Origin: Myxococcota bacterium
Lineage (GTDB): Bacteria; Myxococcota_A; SURF-8
Direction: 5' to 3'
DNA: 64,000 bases
Assembly: GCA_965140415.1 (NCBI GenBank)
Contig: OZ223209.1
Coordinates: forward strand, 3,232,001 to 3,296,000
The translations under genes were made by a program, and so were the position numbers. Below are positions 37,218-46,500 of the stretch, piece by piece. Below the pieces are notes generated by a model. That model had not been told where the DNA came from, did no database searches, and saw only the letters and a program-made list of their open reading frames with translations. Within the stretch, counting starts at the first letter, position 1, and each line of letters begins with the position of its first letter.

Positions 37218-39866
37218 TCAAATCTGGTCAGGATCTCTCGTCAGGTAGGATCGGATGTTGCGCGCTATCGATTCGACGGCTTGCTTGTTGTTGTGTTCGT
37301 GCGCCAACTCCAAATAAAGCTTACGCTTTTTCATCATCTTTTCCGCTTTTTTGCGGTTGACCAACAACTTGCGCTGCACTTTCACCACAACCGTATCGTC
37401 ATATTGCACATCGGAAATCAGCACACCGCGATGCTGGAAATATTTCAATGCATTCTGGAAATTGTTTTTCGAATAGGCCTCTCCGCGTTCCAGCGCACCG
37501 ATAAGCACCATCTTCTTGCCCTCATCCAGTACGATTTTCAAAAACTTCTTTTCGGAAAGCCGCTTTTCGACCAGATAGTGCAATGAAGACGCCACCACCC
37601 AATAACTTTCCAGGAAGTTCGAAATCAGTCTCCCGAACAGGTGCAGGTTTTTATCCGTCTTTTCCGTTTTGACGAATTCATCCTCTTCAATTGCCAGAAT
37701 TCCGTGACTTGTCAGCAACTCACAGGCATGTTCGAACTGGAGATTGAAGGATTCTTTGGGAGAATGGATGATTTCGAAATCGAAGATCTCATCCAATCCT
37801 TTCGCACGCCGTTTGACTTCTTCAACGGAAACCCGTTCCTTACCCAAGGAACTGAAAGCCAGGGCCACAATCGATGTCGGCACGAAGTAATGGAGAATGT
37901 GATTCTTGTAATAATCGAGCCGCAGGCGATGATTTTCATTGAGCACGTACACGGTTTCATCCGCGACCAGATGCGTCTCGATACTTCCTTCCGTTCTCAA
38001 TAAATCCAGCGTTTCGTGCATGGTCCAGTCCGCATGTTCCAGAGATGGCGCTAAAATCGCCCCGAATTCCTTCAGGTAATGCAGAATAAACTCGACCACC
38101 CGCTGAAGATGCTTTTCTTCCACCCCTTTTCGACCGGCGGTCAAAAGAGCCAGCCCGACCACGGCGGAAGGCGTCACCGTCATCGATTCATTGATACGAT
38201 GCACCAGTTCATAACCCAGCATCTGAATGAGACTGCGCCGCTGCTTGTCGCTAATTTGCTCCGGCGTATGTCCTCGTTCCTGAACGTAATCATGCAATGA
38301 AATCGGCTTGCCGACCTGTAGATAAACGGCACCGTAATTCAACCGGAACACATCGAATACCTTCAATAAACCGGAGGTGGATTCCTTTTTCTTTTCGCCA
38401 CCGGCGCTTTCCTTGCCATGGGATTGTTCTTCAATCAGCTTGTTGTAGTTGATGGAAATCGGAATGAAGGTGATGTCGCGGCGCGGATTTCTCAGATAGG
38501 CGTCGACATAAATCGATAAAATCCCGAACTTCGGATGCAGCATCTTTCCGGAACGCGAGCGAGTACCCTCGATGAAAAACTCCTGAGAGTAACCCTCCCA
38601 CAGCATTCGAATCAGGTACTGCCGCAGGATCACGGAATACAGGCGATTGTCTTTGAATGAGCGACGAATGAAAATCGCACCCATGCGCCGGAACAGAAAT
38701 CCCATTGGCCAGAACGCCATATTTTCCCCGGCGATAATATGCGGAGCAACAATGCCGTTTTCGTACATCAACCAACTCCACAACAGGAAATCCATGTAGG
38801 ACTTGTGGCTAGGGACATAAACCACGGCATTTTGCTTGAGTTGCTCGCGAACAAGTTCCAATCCCTTGGGATCGAGTTTGATTTTGCTGAACATTCGCCC
38901 GGTAGAAACGCGCATCAAATAGCTGGCCATAATGATGAATGTAAAGCGATAGTCCGCTGCCAGAAATTCCAGTTCCTTGGCCGCTCGGGCCTGGATTTTC
39001 CGAACGGGAACATCCTCTTCCGCAGCGATCTGCGAGATGACGTCCTGAACGGCGTCGCTATTGATGACGGATTCCAGAATCCAGGTGCGAGGCTTGGTCA
39101 TCGGACCGGTAACCGCTTCCCGCTCTTCCGTGAAGAAGTGGAACAGTCGCCACCTGATTTCCTGGATGGGATTTTTGCCGTGCTGCTCGAATACGTCTGA
39201 AGTCCAGTCGTCCAGGCGCAAGGGCTGACCGCTGCGCACGAAAGCAGACTTGTAATGTCGTAGGAAAATGATGATTTTCCGCAGGCGTCCAGGCTTCAGC
39301 GAATTGCCGAAAAAGATATCCCAGATCGACCGAATCATGCTGACCGGCCGCTTGGACCAGATGGTGATTTGCGGCATCAGGAAAATCGGCGTGTCGCATT
39401 CCTTTTGCAAATCCAGCAGGCGGCGCAGTTCATCGATTTTGCGCTGAGAGCGCAGCGACAAAAAACTCCCCTTGTTTTGCAGGAAAATCACATACTGCTC
39501 ACCAGGCAACACCGATTTATGCACGCGACGTTTGAAGGCCTTGTTCTTTCGGGAAAACCAGCCGACCATTCGAGTAAACAAACCCATAAGCCAGTTTTCA
39601 TTTGGATAAAGAACCGGCGGCAGGCCATTCTTGATCAGAAAATGGGTGAAAATCAGATATTCCAGATAGCTGGAGAACTGAAATACGTGAATGACGGCGC
39701 CTTGTGAAAGATGCTTTTTGATAGCGGCTACGTTCTTTTTGAAGAACTTGACCTTATCGAACATGCCTCCCAATAACCAGAGCCAGAAGCGCGTCATCAA
39801 AGGCAGGACTCCGGCCAATGATTCACGTTTCAATTCCGTTTCGCTGATTTCACTCTGATGCTCCAT
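37218..39866 (-). CDS. plsB: Glycerol-3-phosphate O-acyltransferase (PlsB-like)
   Basis: VPSHKSYMD, GAIFIRRSF, FFIEGTRSRSGK, LDYYKNHILH; ~880 aa. Confidence 0.88.
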   Translation of the reverse strand: MEHQSEISETELKRESLAGVLPLMTRFWLWLLGGMFDKVKFFKKNVAAIKKHLSQGAVIHVFQFSSYLEYLIFTHFLIKNGLPPVLYPNENWLMGLFTRMVGWFSRKNKAFKRRVHKSVLPGEQYVIFLQNKGSFLSLRSQRKIDELRRLLDLQKECDTPIFLMPQITIWSKRPVSMIRSIWDIFFGNSLKPGRLRKIIIFLRHYKSAFVRSGQPLRLDDWTSDVFEQHGKNPIQEIRWRLFHFFTEEREAVTGPMTKPRTWILESVINSDAVQDVISQIAAEEDVPVRKIQARAAKELEFLAADYRFTFIIMASYLMRVSTGRMFSKIKLDPKGLELVREQLKQNAVVYVPSHKSYMDFLLWSWLMYENGIVAPHIIAGENMAFWPMGFLFRRMGAIFIRRSFKDNRLYSVILRQYLIRMLWEGYSQEFFIEGTRSRSGKMLHPKFGILSIYVDAYLRNPRRDITFIPISINYNKLIEEQSHGKESAGGEKKKESTSGLLKVFDVFRLNYGAVYLQVGKPISLHDYVQERGHTPEQISDKQRRSLIQMLGYELVHRINESMTVTPSAVVGLALLTAGRKGVEEKHLQRVVEFILHYLKEFGAILAPSLEHADWTMHETLDLLRTEGSIETHLVADETVYVLNENHRLRLDYYKNHILHYFVPTSIVALAFSSLGKERVSVEEVKRRAKGLDEIFDFEIIHSPKESFNLQFEHACELLTSHGILAIEEDEFVKTEKTDKNLHLFGRLISNFLESYWVVASSLHYLVEKRLSEKKFLKIVLDEGKKMVLIGALERGEAYSKNNFQNALKYFQHRGVLISDVQYDDTVVVKVQRKLLVNRKKAEKMMKKRKLYLELAHEHNNKQAVESIARNIRSYLTRDPDQI

Positions 39867-39961
39867 CACGCCACCCTTCCGACGAATTGCCTGAACGACA
39901 GATCCAAGTTTACAAACTTGCAGACGGGATTACAACTTACTATAACACGGTTCGTCGTTAT

Positions 39962-41080
39962 TTATTCCGGCCTTTCCGGTTTGCCACTCCACAAACGATC
40001 GGGAAGACTTTCGATATGCAGGCTTTGTGTCGGGAAAGCGAACGACAATCCCATGCTTTCGAACTTGCGCATGATGGCAAGAAGGAACTGCTGTTTAACT
40101 TCAAGATATTCCGCCCAATTGGTCGTTTTGGTAAAGCAATAGATGAAGATTTCCAAACTGGAATTTCCGAGTGCATCGAAATTGACCAGGTAGTAATCCT
40201 GTAGAATATTCTCGTCCTGCCGGATGATTTCCCGCACGGCTTCGACAGCCGCCTGCATGTGATCCGCCTTGGTGTCGTAGGTGACACCAATCGTCATCTT
40301 GATGCGCCGTTTCTGCATCCGTGACCAGTTATTGATCGAAGAGGTCGTCAAAGACGCATTCGGCAACGTGATCAGGCTGTTGGCAAAGGTACGAATGCGC
40401 GTCGTGCGTAATCCGACTTCCTCCACCGTTCCTTCCACTCCACCGACATCGATCCAGTCGCCGATTTGAAAGGGGCGATCGAAAAAGATCACCGCCGCCC
40501 CGAAGAAGTTGGACAAGGTATCTTTGGAAGCCAACGCCAGCGCCGCACCACCCAGGCCGAGTCCGGCGATTAAGCTGGTAACGGAGTAACCCATGTTGGC
40601 AAGAAAGAGGCTTACACCAAGTAAGATCAGGAATACTTTGAAGGTTCGCTGTAAGATTGGAACCGCCTGATCGTCCAAGCGGGTTTCCGTTTGCGCCGCC
40701 CGCTCTTTCCAATGTTCGAAAAGTCCATCCGACAATCGAATGGCAAACCAGATCACCAAAAGAATGCTAAGTCCCTTCCCTAAAGAAAGCGCCAGGTTAT
40801 CCAGGTCGATGGGGTCCGTCGGCAGCGGCAGGATTTGACTGGCAATGAATATTCCGGCAAAAGCCGCTCCCCATCCCAAAGGTTTGGATAGTGCAGCCAG
40901 CAGAATATTGTCGTAGGCCATCTCCGTCTTTTCGGAAGCAGCGGCCAAACGCGCCAGGATAAACTCGAAAATCCTTTTAGCAAGAAAGCCTAGTAGTACG
41001 GCAAGAAATGCAAACAGCAGTTGACGAACGGACACTCCGAAAACAAATGTCTGCATGACGTCATGTAAAGAATCCCACAT
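39962..41080 (-). CDS. MscS-family mechanosensitive channel
   Basis: AGLGLGGAALALASKDTLSNFF..DRPFQIGDWI..GTVEEVGLRTTRIR..AFPTQ. Confidence 0.93.
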   Translation of the reverse strand: MWDSLHDVMQTFVFGVSVRQLLFAFLAVLLGFLAKRIFEFILARLAAASEKTEMAYDNILLAALSKPLGWGAAFAGIFIASQILPLPTDPIDLDNLALSLGKGLSILLVIWFAIRLSDGLFEHWKERAAQTETRLDDQAVPILQRTFKVFLILLGVSLFLANMGYSVTSLIAGLGLGGAALALASKDTLSNFFGAAVIFFDRPFQIGDWIDVGGVEGTVEEVGLRTTRIRTFANSLITLPNASLTTSSINNWSRMQKRRIKMTIGVTYDTKADHMQAAVEAVREIIRQDENILQDYYLVNFDALGNSSLEIFIYCFTKTTNWAEYLEVKQQFLLAIMRKFESMGLSFAFPTQSLHIESLPDRLWSGKPERPE

Positions 41081-41231
41081 CTCTCCTCCCACAATGCAAT
41101 CGTTGAAATCCTTCGTCGTTCACCGATCCTACCTGCGGTACAGGAGACTGTCAACGAAACGGAAAGGATTCCAACTGGAAGCTACAAGTTAGACATGCTT
41201 GTCTAATCCCCCTGGATCATAGACAAAAAAG

Positions 41232-41261
41232 TTGACTTGACGTATTGATTTTGCTAAGAAT
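41232..41261 (+). promoter_or_regulatory. Putative sigma70 promoter of the M23 gene
   Basis: TTGACT-N17-TAAGAA(T). Confidence 0.4.
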
Positions 41262-41366
41262 ATCGGGCAAACATGAGCAGGCCGAAGTGTTTTGACTTCT
41301 GCTTCAATCGCTAGGCCGACCTTCTTTTCGAGCTAAACCGGTAATTGGGAAAACATAACGTTCACG

Positions 41367-42332
41367 ATGAAACTACGGACCTTTTTCAGAAAATCCGATA
41401 GTAGTTACAACGTCATGGTCGTGCCGAGCGATTCGGCTCGAATGAAAAGTTTCCGTATCAAGCATAACACCGTTCATGCTTTGATCACGATTACGGCGGT
41501 CTTTTTCCTGGTACTCGCGGGTGTGCTGACCTACCTGATTCTGCGGCCTGGCGATATTCAAAAAGAGATGACGCTGCTTCGGGAGAACATCGAACTGAAA
41601 AACAATCTGGTCGATGTCCATACGAAACTGGCGTTATTGGAGAATACGGTTGACCGACTGGAACGCTTCGACCGCCAACTGCGCGCCATGACCAATTTCG
41701 CCGATCATCGCCGGAAAGTGGCCATCGGACCTTTGAGCGAAGAAGAGATGCTGGCCTCCTCCACCAATCCCAATCGCCGAATCAACGAAGCCCTTGCTCT
41801 GAAACTGACGGAAAATCTCGGCAAGTTGAAGAGCGCCGATTTGGGGAGCGAAGTGGATCGCCTGCTGGCCTTATCCGTGGAACGAGAGAAAGAGTTGGCG
41901 GAATTGACCAACTTCCTTGAAGATCAGCGCATGCTGCTTTCGCACATTCCGTCGATCTGGCCTTCCGACGGCTGGGTCACCAGCGGCTTCGGCTATCGAA
42001 ACAGCCCCTTCACCAATTCCAAGAAGTTCCATGAAGGTTTGGATATCGCCAACAATATCGGAACGCCGATTCATTCGCCCGCAGATGGAACGGTGATTTA
42101 TACCGGTCGTCGCGATGGCTATGGTTTGACGTTGGTGATCAATCACGGTTTCGGACTGACGACCCGCTACGGGCATTGCTCGCGTTTCGAGGTTAAAGTG
42201 GGTGACAAAGTCAAACGCGGCGATAAAGTGGCAGAAGTCGGCAACACCGGTCGATCCACCGGACCGCATCTGCACTACGAAGTCCGTTTCAACAACATTC
42301 CTCAAAACCCGCGACGCTACATCCTGGAATAA
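41367..42332 (+). CDS. M23 family metallopeptidase with TM anchor and coiled coil
   Basis: PSIWPSDGWVTSGFG, HEGLD, YGH, STGPHLHYEV. Confidence 0.94.
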   Translation: MKLRTFFRKSDSSYNVMVVPSDSARMKSFRIKHNTVHALITITAVFFLVLAGVLTYLILRPGDIQKEMTLLRENIELKNNLVDVHTKLALLENTVDRLERFDRQLRAMTNFADHRRKVAIGPLSEEEMLASSTNPNRRINEALALKLTENLGKLKSADLGSEVDRLLALSVEREKELAELTNFLEDQRMLLSHIPSIWPSDGWVTSGFGYRNSPFTNSKKFHEGLDIANNIGTPIHSPADGTVIYTGRRDGYGLTLVINHGFGLTTRYGHCSRFEVKVGDKVKRGDKVAEVGNTGRSTGPHLHYEVRFNNIPQNPRRYILE

Positions 42333-42452
42333 GCACCACGTCTTTTTCTAGATCTGTCCTTTTCGAGCCACTCCGACTTGTAGCTTTTTTGCGACCGATT
42401 TAGAGGTCTGTCTAAACGTTCACCTGACAAGTGGCATTGGCGAAGCGAAGAA

Positions 42453-42587
42453 AAACGACGCTTGCCCATGTGGATCTCTAACACGGGCAAGCCTGTGGCT
42501 TAGCCCGCGCCACCCATCCGTCGTTTGAAAGAATTTTCCGGCTTACGCTCCGTCGCTACTGGATTGCCTGCCTTCGCAGGCAATGAC
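42453..42587. repeat. Repeat family A, copy 2, plus an adjacent small REP-like hairpin
   Basis: Family A core to 42559, then CTGGATTGCCTGCCTTCGCAGGCAATGAC. Confidence 0.8.
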
Positions 42588-42599
42588 CATTCATCTATT

Positions 42600-43415
42600 T
42601 CAATTTATCCTAGATGCAACAGTCGCCTTCCAGGACTCGATTTTCTCCAGTATTTCCGGTGCGGCTTTCAATCCGGCCTGATATCCAAGCTGATAAATAT
42701 CCAGCATGGCGTCCGTTTCGAAGACGCCGAAGGTATCGATTTTATCCGGGCAGATCAACACATCGCATAGTTCGCGCTTGTCGTGTCTGTCCGCGTGATA
42801 GCGCAAATCCATCACGCGCTCGATGACATCCCGAAAGCTGTCTAGATCTTCTTTTTCGATGACCTTGTGCGGCGCGACATTGACTCCAATTATCAAATCG
42901 CAATCTTTTTTCAATGGCTCTACCGGAAAGTTATCCAGAATACCGCCATCCATGTACATTTCATCTTCAACCGCTACCGGGCTGAACATGATTGGAAAAC
43001 TGGCCGACGCCACTACGATCGGCCATAAAGGGCCGGAATCGATGATTTTCAAGGTTCCGCTCAGCATGGCTGAAACCGCCACAGAAAGCTTAAGTGGAAG
43101 TTCCTCGAAGGTTTCAACTTTGACATACTTCTTGATGTCATCGACATACGCCACGCTGTTGAATAATCCGGCTTCCAAGATTCCCAGTTTGCTTACTCGA
43201 AAAGGGTCGGTTTCCGTCCAAAAATCGAGCATTTTTTGAATGCCGCAACGCGCCGCAGCCATTACGCCAACCAGCGCGCCTGCGCTGGCTCCTGAAAAAT
43301 GAGAGATTTCGATGCCGTTTTCTTTGAACGCTTGAAGAATGCCAATATGCGCCAGCCCACGTACGCCGCCGCCGGATAGCGCCATTCCAATTTTCGGTTG
43401 TGATTGTGGTGTCAT
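42600..43415 (-). CDS. Patatin-like phospholipase
   Basis: LSGGGVRG, GASAG (GxSxG), ASASFP, DGG. Confidence 0.93.
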   Translation of the reverse strand: MTPQSQPKIGMALSGGGVRGLAHIGILQAFKENGIEISHFSGASAGALVGVMAAARCGIQKMLDFWTETDPFRVSKLGILEAGLFNSVAYVDDIKKYVKVETFEELPLKLSVAVSAMLSGTLKIIDSGPLWPIVVASASFPIMFSPVAVEDEMYMDGGILDNFPVEPLKKDCDLIIGVNVAPHKVIEKEDLDSFRDVIERVMDLRYHADRHDKRELCDVLICPDKIDTFGVFETDAMLDIYQLGYQAGLKAAPEILEKIESWKATVASRIN

Positions 43416-43441
43416 CGTTTTCCTGAGTAATAGAATTGTAC

Positions 43442-43494
43442 GTTTACGGTCATTTACTGGTCATTTACTGGTCGTTTACCGGTCGTTTCCGGTC
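43442..43494 (-). repeat. 53-bp phased five-unit array, copy 3, abutting a TACAAT -10-like box of the patatin gene
   Basis: Minus strand: gaccggaaac gaccggtaaac gaccagtaaat gaccagtaaat gaccgtaaac g TACAAT. Confidence 0.8.
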
Positions 43495-43542
43495 GGCTTG
43501 TGGGCAAGCAATCCGAGCTTTGCAGCTTCGAAATTGCCTGTA

Positions 43543-43576
43543 GAAAGCCGGATCGCGATTTCTCACGATCCGGCTT
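43543..43576 (-). terminator. Hairpin downstream of the giant ORF
   Basis: AAGCCGGATCG...CGATCCGGCTT; weak U-tract. Confidence 0.5.
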
Positions 43577-43597
43577 GCTGTAGCAGACGAACCTCCG

Positions 43598-46500
43598 TTA
43601 GCGTTGAATCAGACAGGGAACGCCGGCGACGTTGATACCTACCGAAACACCATCGGGATTTTCCGGTATGGCATCCGTTTCCGGATTCGTCGCGAGTACG
43701 CCATCGTCATTCAAATCGACGTCGGGAATCGGGTCCGCCGGATCATCTCGAATCAGAATTTCCAGCGGGTTGATCATCTGGCCATCCAGATCCAATTCCA
43801 CCGCCAGATTTCCAGCCGGAACCACGCCACCCAGCAAGCTTTCATTCATGCTGACTCCGTTTGCGCCAGAAGCAAAGGTCGCGTCGATATAGGCCGGTTC
43901 CACATTCATATCCAACGCGGTTTCTCCCGTATCTAAAGAAAGGCTAAAGCGCGCTGGTTGATCCGGGTAGGTATTTAATCGTACCTGTCCGAAATCATTA
44001 ACGATTTCGACGTTTTTAAAGCGAATCATCGGCAAGCCGGTCTCTTCGTCGTAGCTGGATGGATCGATGGCGAAGGTTTCCGTTCCACTGAAATTGTCGC
44101 TGGAATCCGCATCGAGATCGACGCCGATATAACCATTGATTGTCACGACGACAGGCGGATCGCCAGGACCGGGCAACTCGGCAAGGCCGGTCAATTCCAG
44201 AATCATCAATAAGGGATCTTCAGGATCAACGATTTTATCAGCCAGAATCGGATTGGCCAGACTGCCCAAGCCAGTCAAGGCATTATCCACAGCCAGATCG
44301 CCTAAATTGCCGATCTGATCGACGTTAAATCCATCTGCCGCACCGCCGATTTGAACCACGTTCAATACGATAGCCGGGGGCGCAACGTTGGATATCGTGA
44401 TCGAATCGTCTCCCACATTTCCACGCGCATCGGTTGCACTGGCGACTAGCACGTTCTGACCTTCGACCAAGGGAACAAGCGCCGACCAGGTTGAGGTCAT
44501 GCCGCTTTCGTTATCCAGCATCACGTATACGCCATTGACGGCGAAACTCTGCAAGGTGGACAACGCCCGGTCATCCGCGATAATGCCCGTTACCTGCACT
44601 TCTCCGGCGGCAAGGCTGGCGCCGTCTTGTGGAGACGTAATCGTAACCGTTGGTGGATCGTCGGGAGCCGTGAAGGTCACGGTTACGCTTTCCTCATCGT
44701 ATCCGCCGGTGAAATCCTCGGCGCGAATGACAAGAACGTTTTCGCCATCCGCCAAAACGACACTGGCGCTGAAACTGCGGTTGAAATAATCCCAGTTGAT
44801 TGAATGAGTGTCGCCGTTCAAAGTCAGACTCAACGTAATCTGCGCCGGGTTTCCGCCTTCGGCCACCGTTCCACTGACCTCGACGGGATTCGTGTTGAAA
44901 TCCTGCCCGTTCTGAGGCGCGGTAAGCGTAATAACCGGCGGCGTGACCGGCTCGACGCGACGCACGTTAAGAGAAATCGTCGTCGTGCCACCAAGCCCAT
45001 CGGTCGCTTCGGCGCGTAGTGCATTGACGCCCATGGCCAAAGCCAGCGAGGCATCCGACTGCCAGGTTCCGGCACCTTCATCGATCGTACAAGCCACCCA
45101 GTCGCCGCTACCGATGCGCACCCGTACGGTCACATCGGAAAGCGGGCCATCGTCTGAAATCGTTCCGGTAACCACGACCGACGCTTCCGCTGTGGTCGTT
45201 CCCGGATAGGTAACAGCAAGCTCCGGGAGGTCGTTTGGCGCTTCATAGAACACCGAAACGCTGTCTTGGCCGACCTGATCATTGGTATCACGCACCGAAA
45301 GCAGCAGGCTGTTACTACCTGGCTGCAAGGTTACGGATTCCGAAATCTGTCCCGTACTTACATCGACCGTTTGCTCCTGCCCGTTGATGGAAAGCGTACC
45401 CACGCAGGTCGACAAATCCGAGTCCTGCACCGTAGCGGTAAGCGTGATATTCGGATCGGTGACGCGTGCAGGCTGCGGATCGATATCCACCACCGGGGGC
45501 AGATCGCCCAGTTGATTTTCCAAACCGCATACGCTGAAACCTTCACCGTCCGCCGTTACACCCAACAGATCCGATACGGTTTCATTGTCGATGGAAAATT
45601 CATCCTGCTCCGGCACACCCGAATCCACCGGCCAGGAGAAACGCCCGATCTCACCCGCCGTTGCGACTAAGGAAGTTCCCGCCCACAATAACTGAGGCGC
45701 ATCCTGCTGCGTGGCATGCGTATAGAAGCCATCGGCCAACGCGGAGGAAACCAGCGCATCCGCCGTGGGCGTCATCAGGTTCGCATCGCCGGAATAACTG
45801 ACGCTCATATGCGCTCCGGCAAAACTCTGCGTTCCGTCCGTACAGATCTGCAACTCTGAAAGCGTTGGCTCGGCGATCTGAATGGTGGTGCTGTCCGACA
45901 GATCGCCCGCGCTGGCAGTCACAAGCACCGCGCCTGGATCATCGTAGGAAGTAAAGGTCACCGTGACGATACCGCTTGCATCGGTCGTGGCGACACTCGA
46001 TGCGCTCAGTTCTCCCAGCGTAGTCGGGTCGAGTTCGAACTGTACTTCAGTGCCCGCCGGTACCGGCCCACCGGCATTTCGTTCCACGGTCACTGTCAGT
46101 ACCGATTGTGCGCCCTGCACCAGAATGGTTTGCGGATCGGCGCTCAGATCGATCATGGAAGGCGCATCCGGATCAATGCGCGTTACATTCAGTAGGATTT
46201 CAGTCGTCAGGCCACTTAGATCGGAAGCAAGCACCGTGATTTCATTTGCTCCCAACTCTAACTCCACCCATTGACTGAACGCCCCGCTTTCTTCGATTAC
46301 AGGCTGATACGATTCAGATCCGACGGTAATGCTTAACGGCACTGCGGCCAAGGCGATGTCGTCGGCAACCGTTCCAACGACTTCCACTCCCGTTTCCATG
46401 GTTTCCGCGCCGTTTTCAGGAGCAGTCACGGTCAAGCTCGGCGGATTCTCATCCTGCAATTCGATAACGCCCTCACTGAATGCCGCATTACCGGACAAAT

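Noticed and set aside
43442-43494. Possible CRISPR or mini-array
   Set aside because: Units are 10-11 bp and contiguous with no spacers, and no cas operon is present. The Cas4-like nuclease domain at ~13400-13800 belongs to a common helicase fusion.
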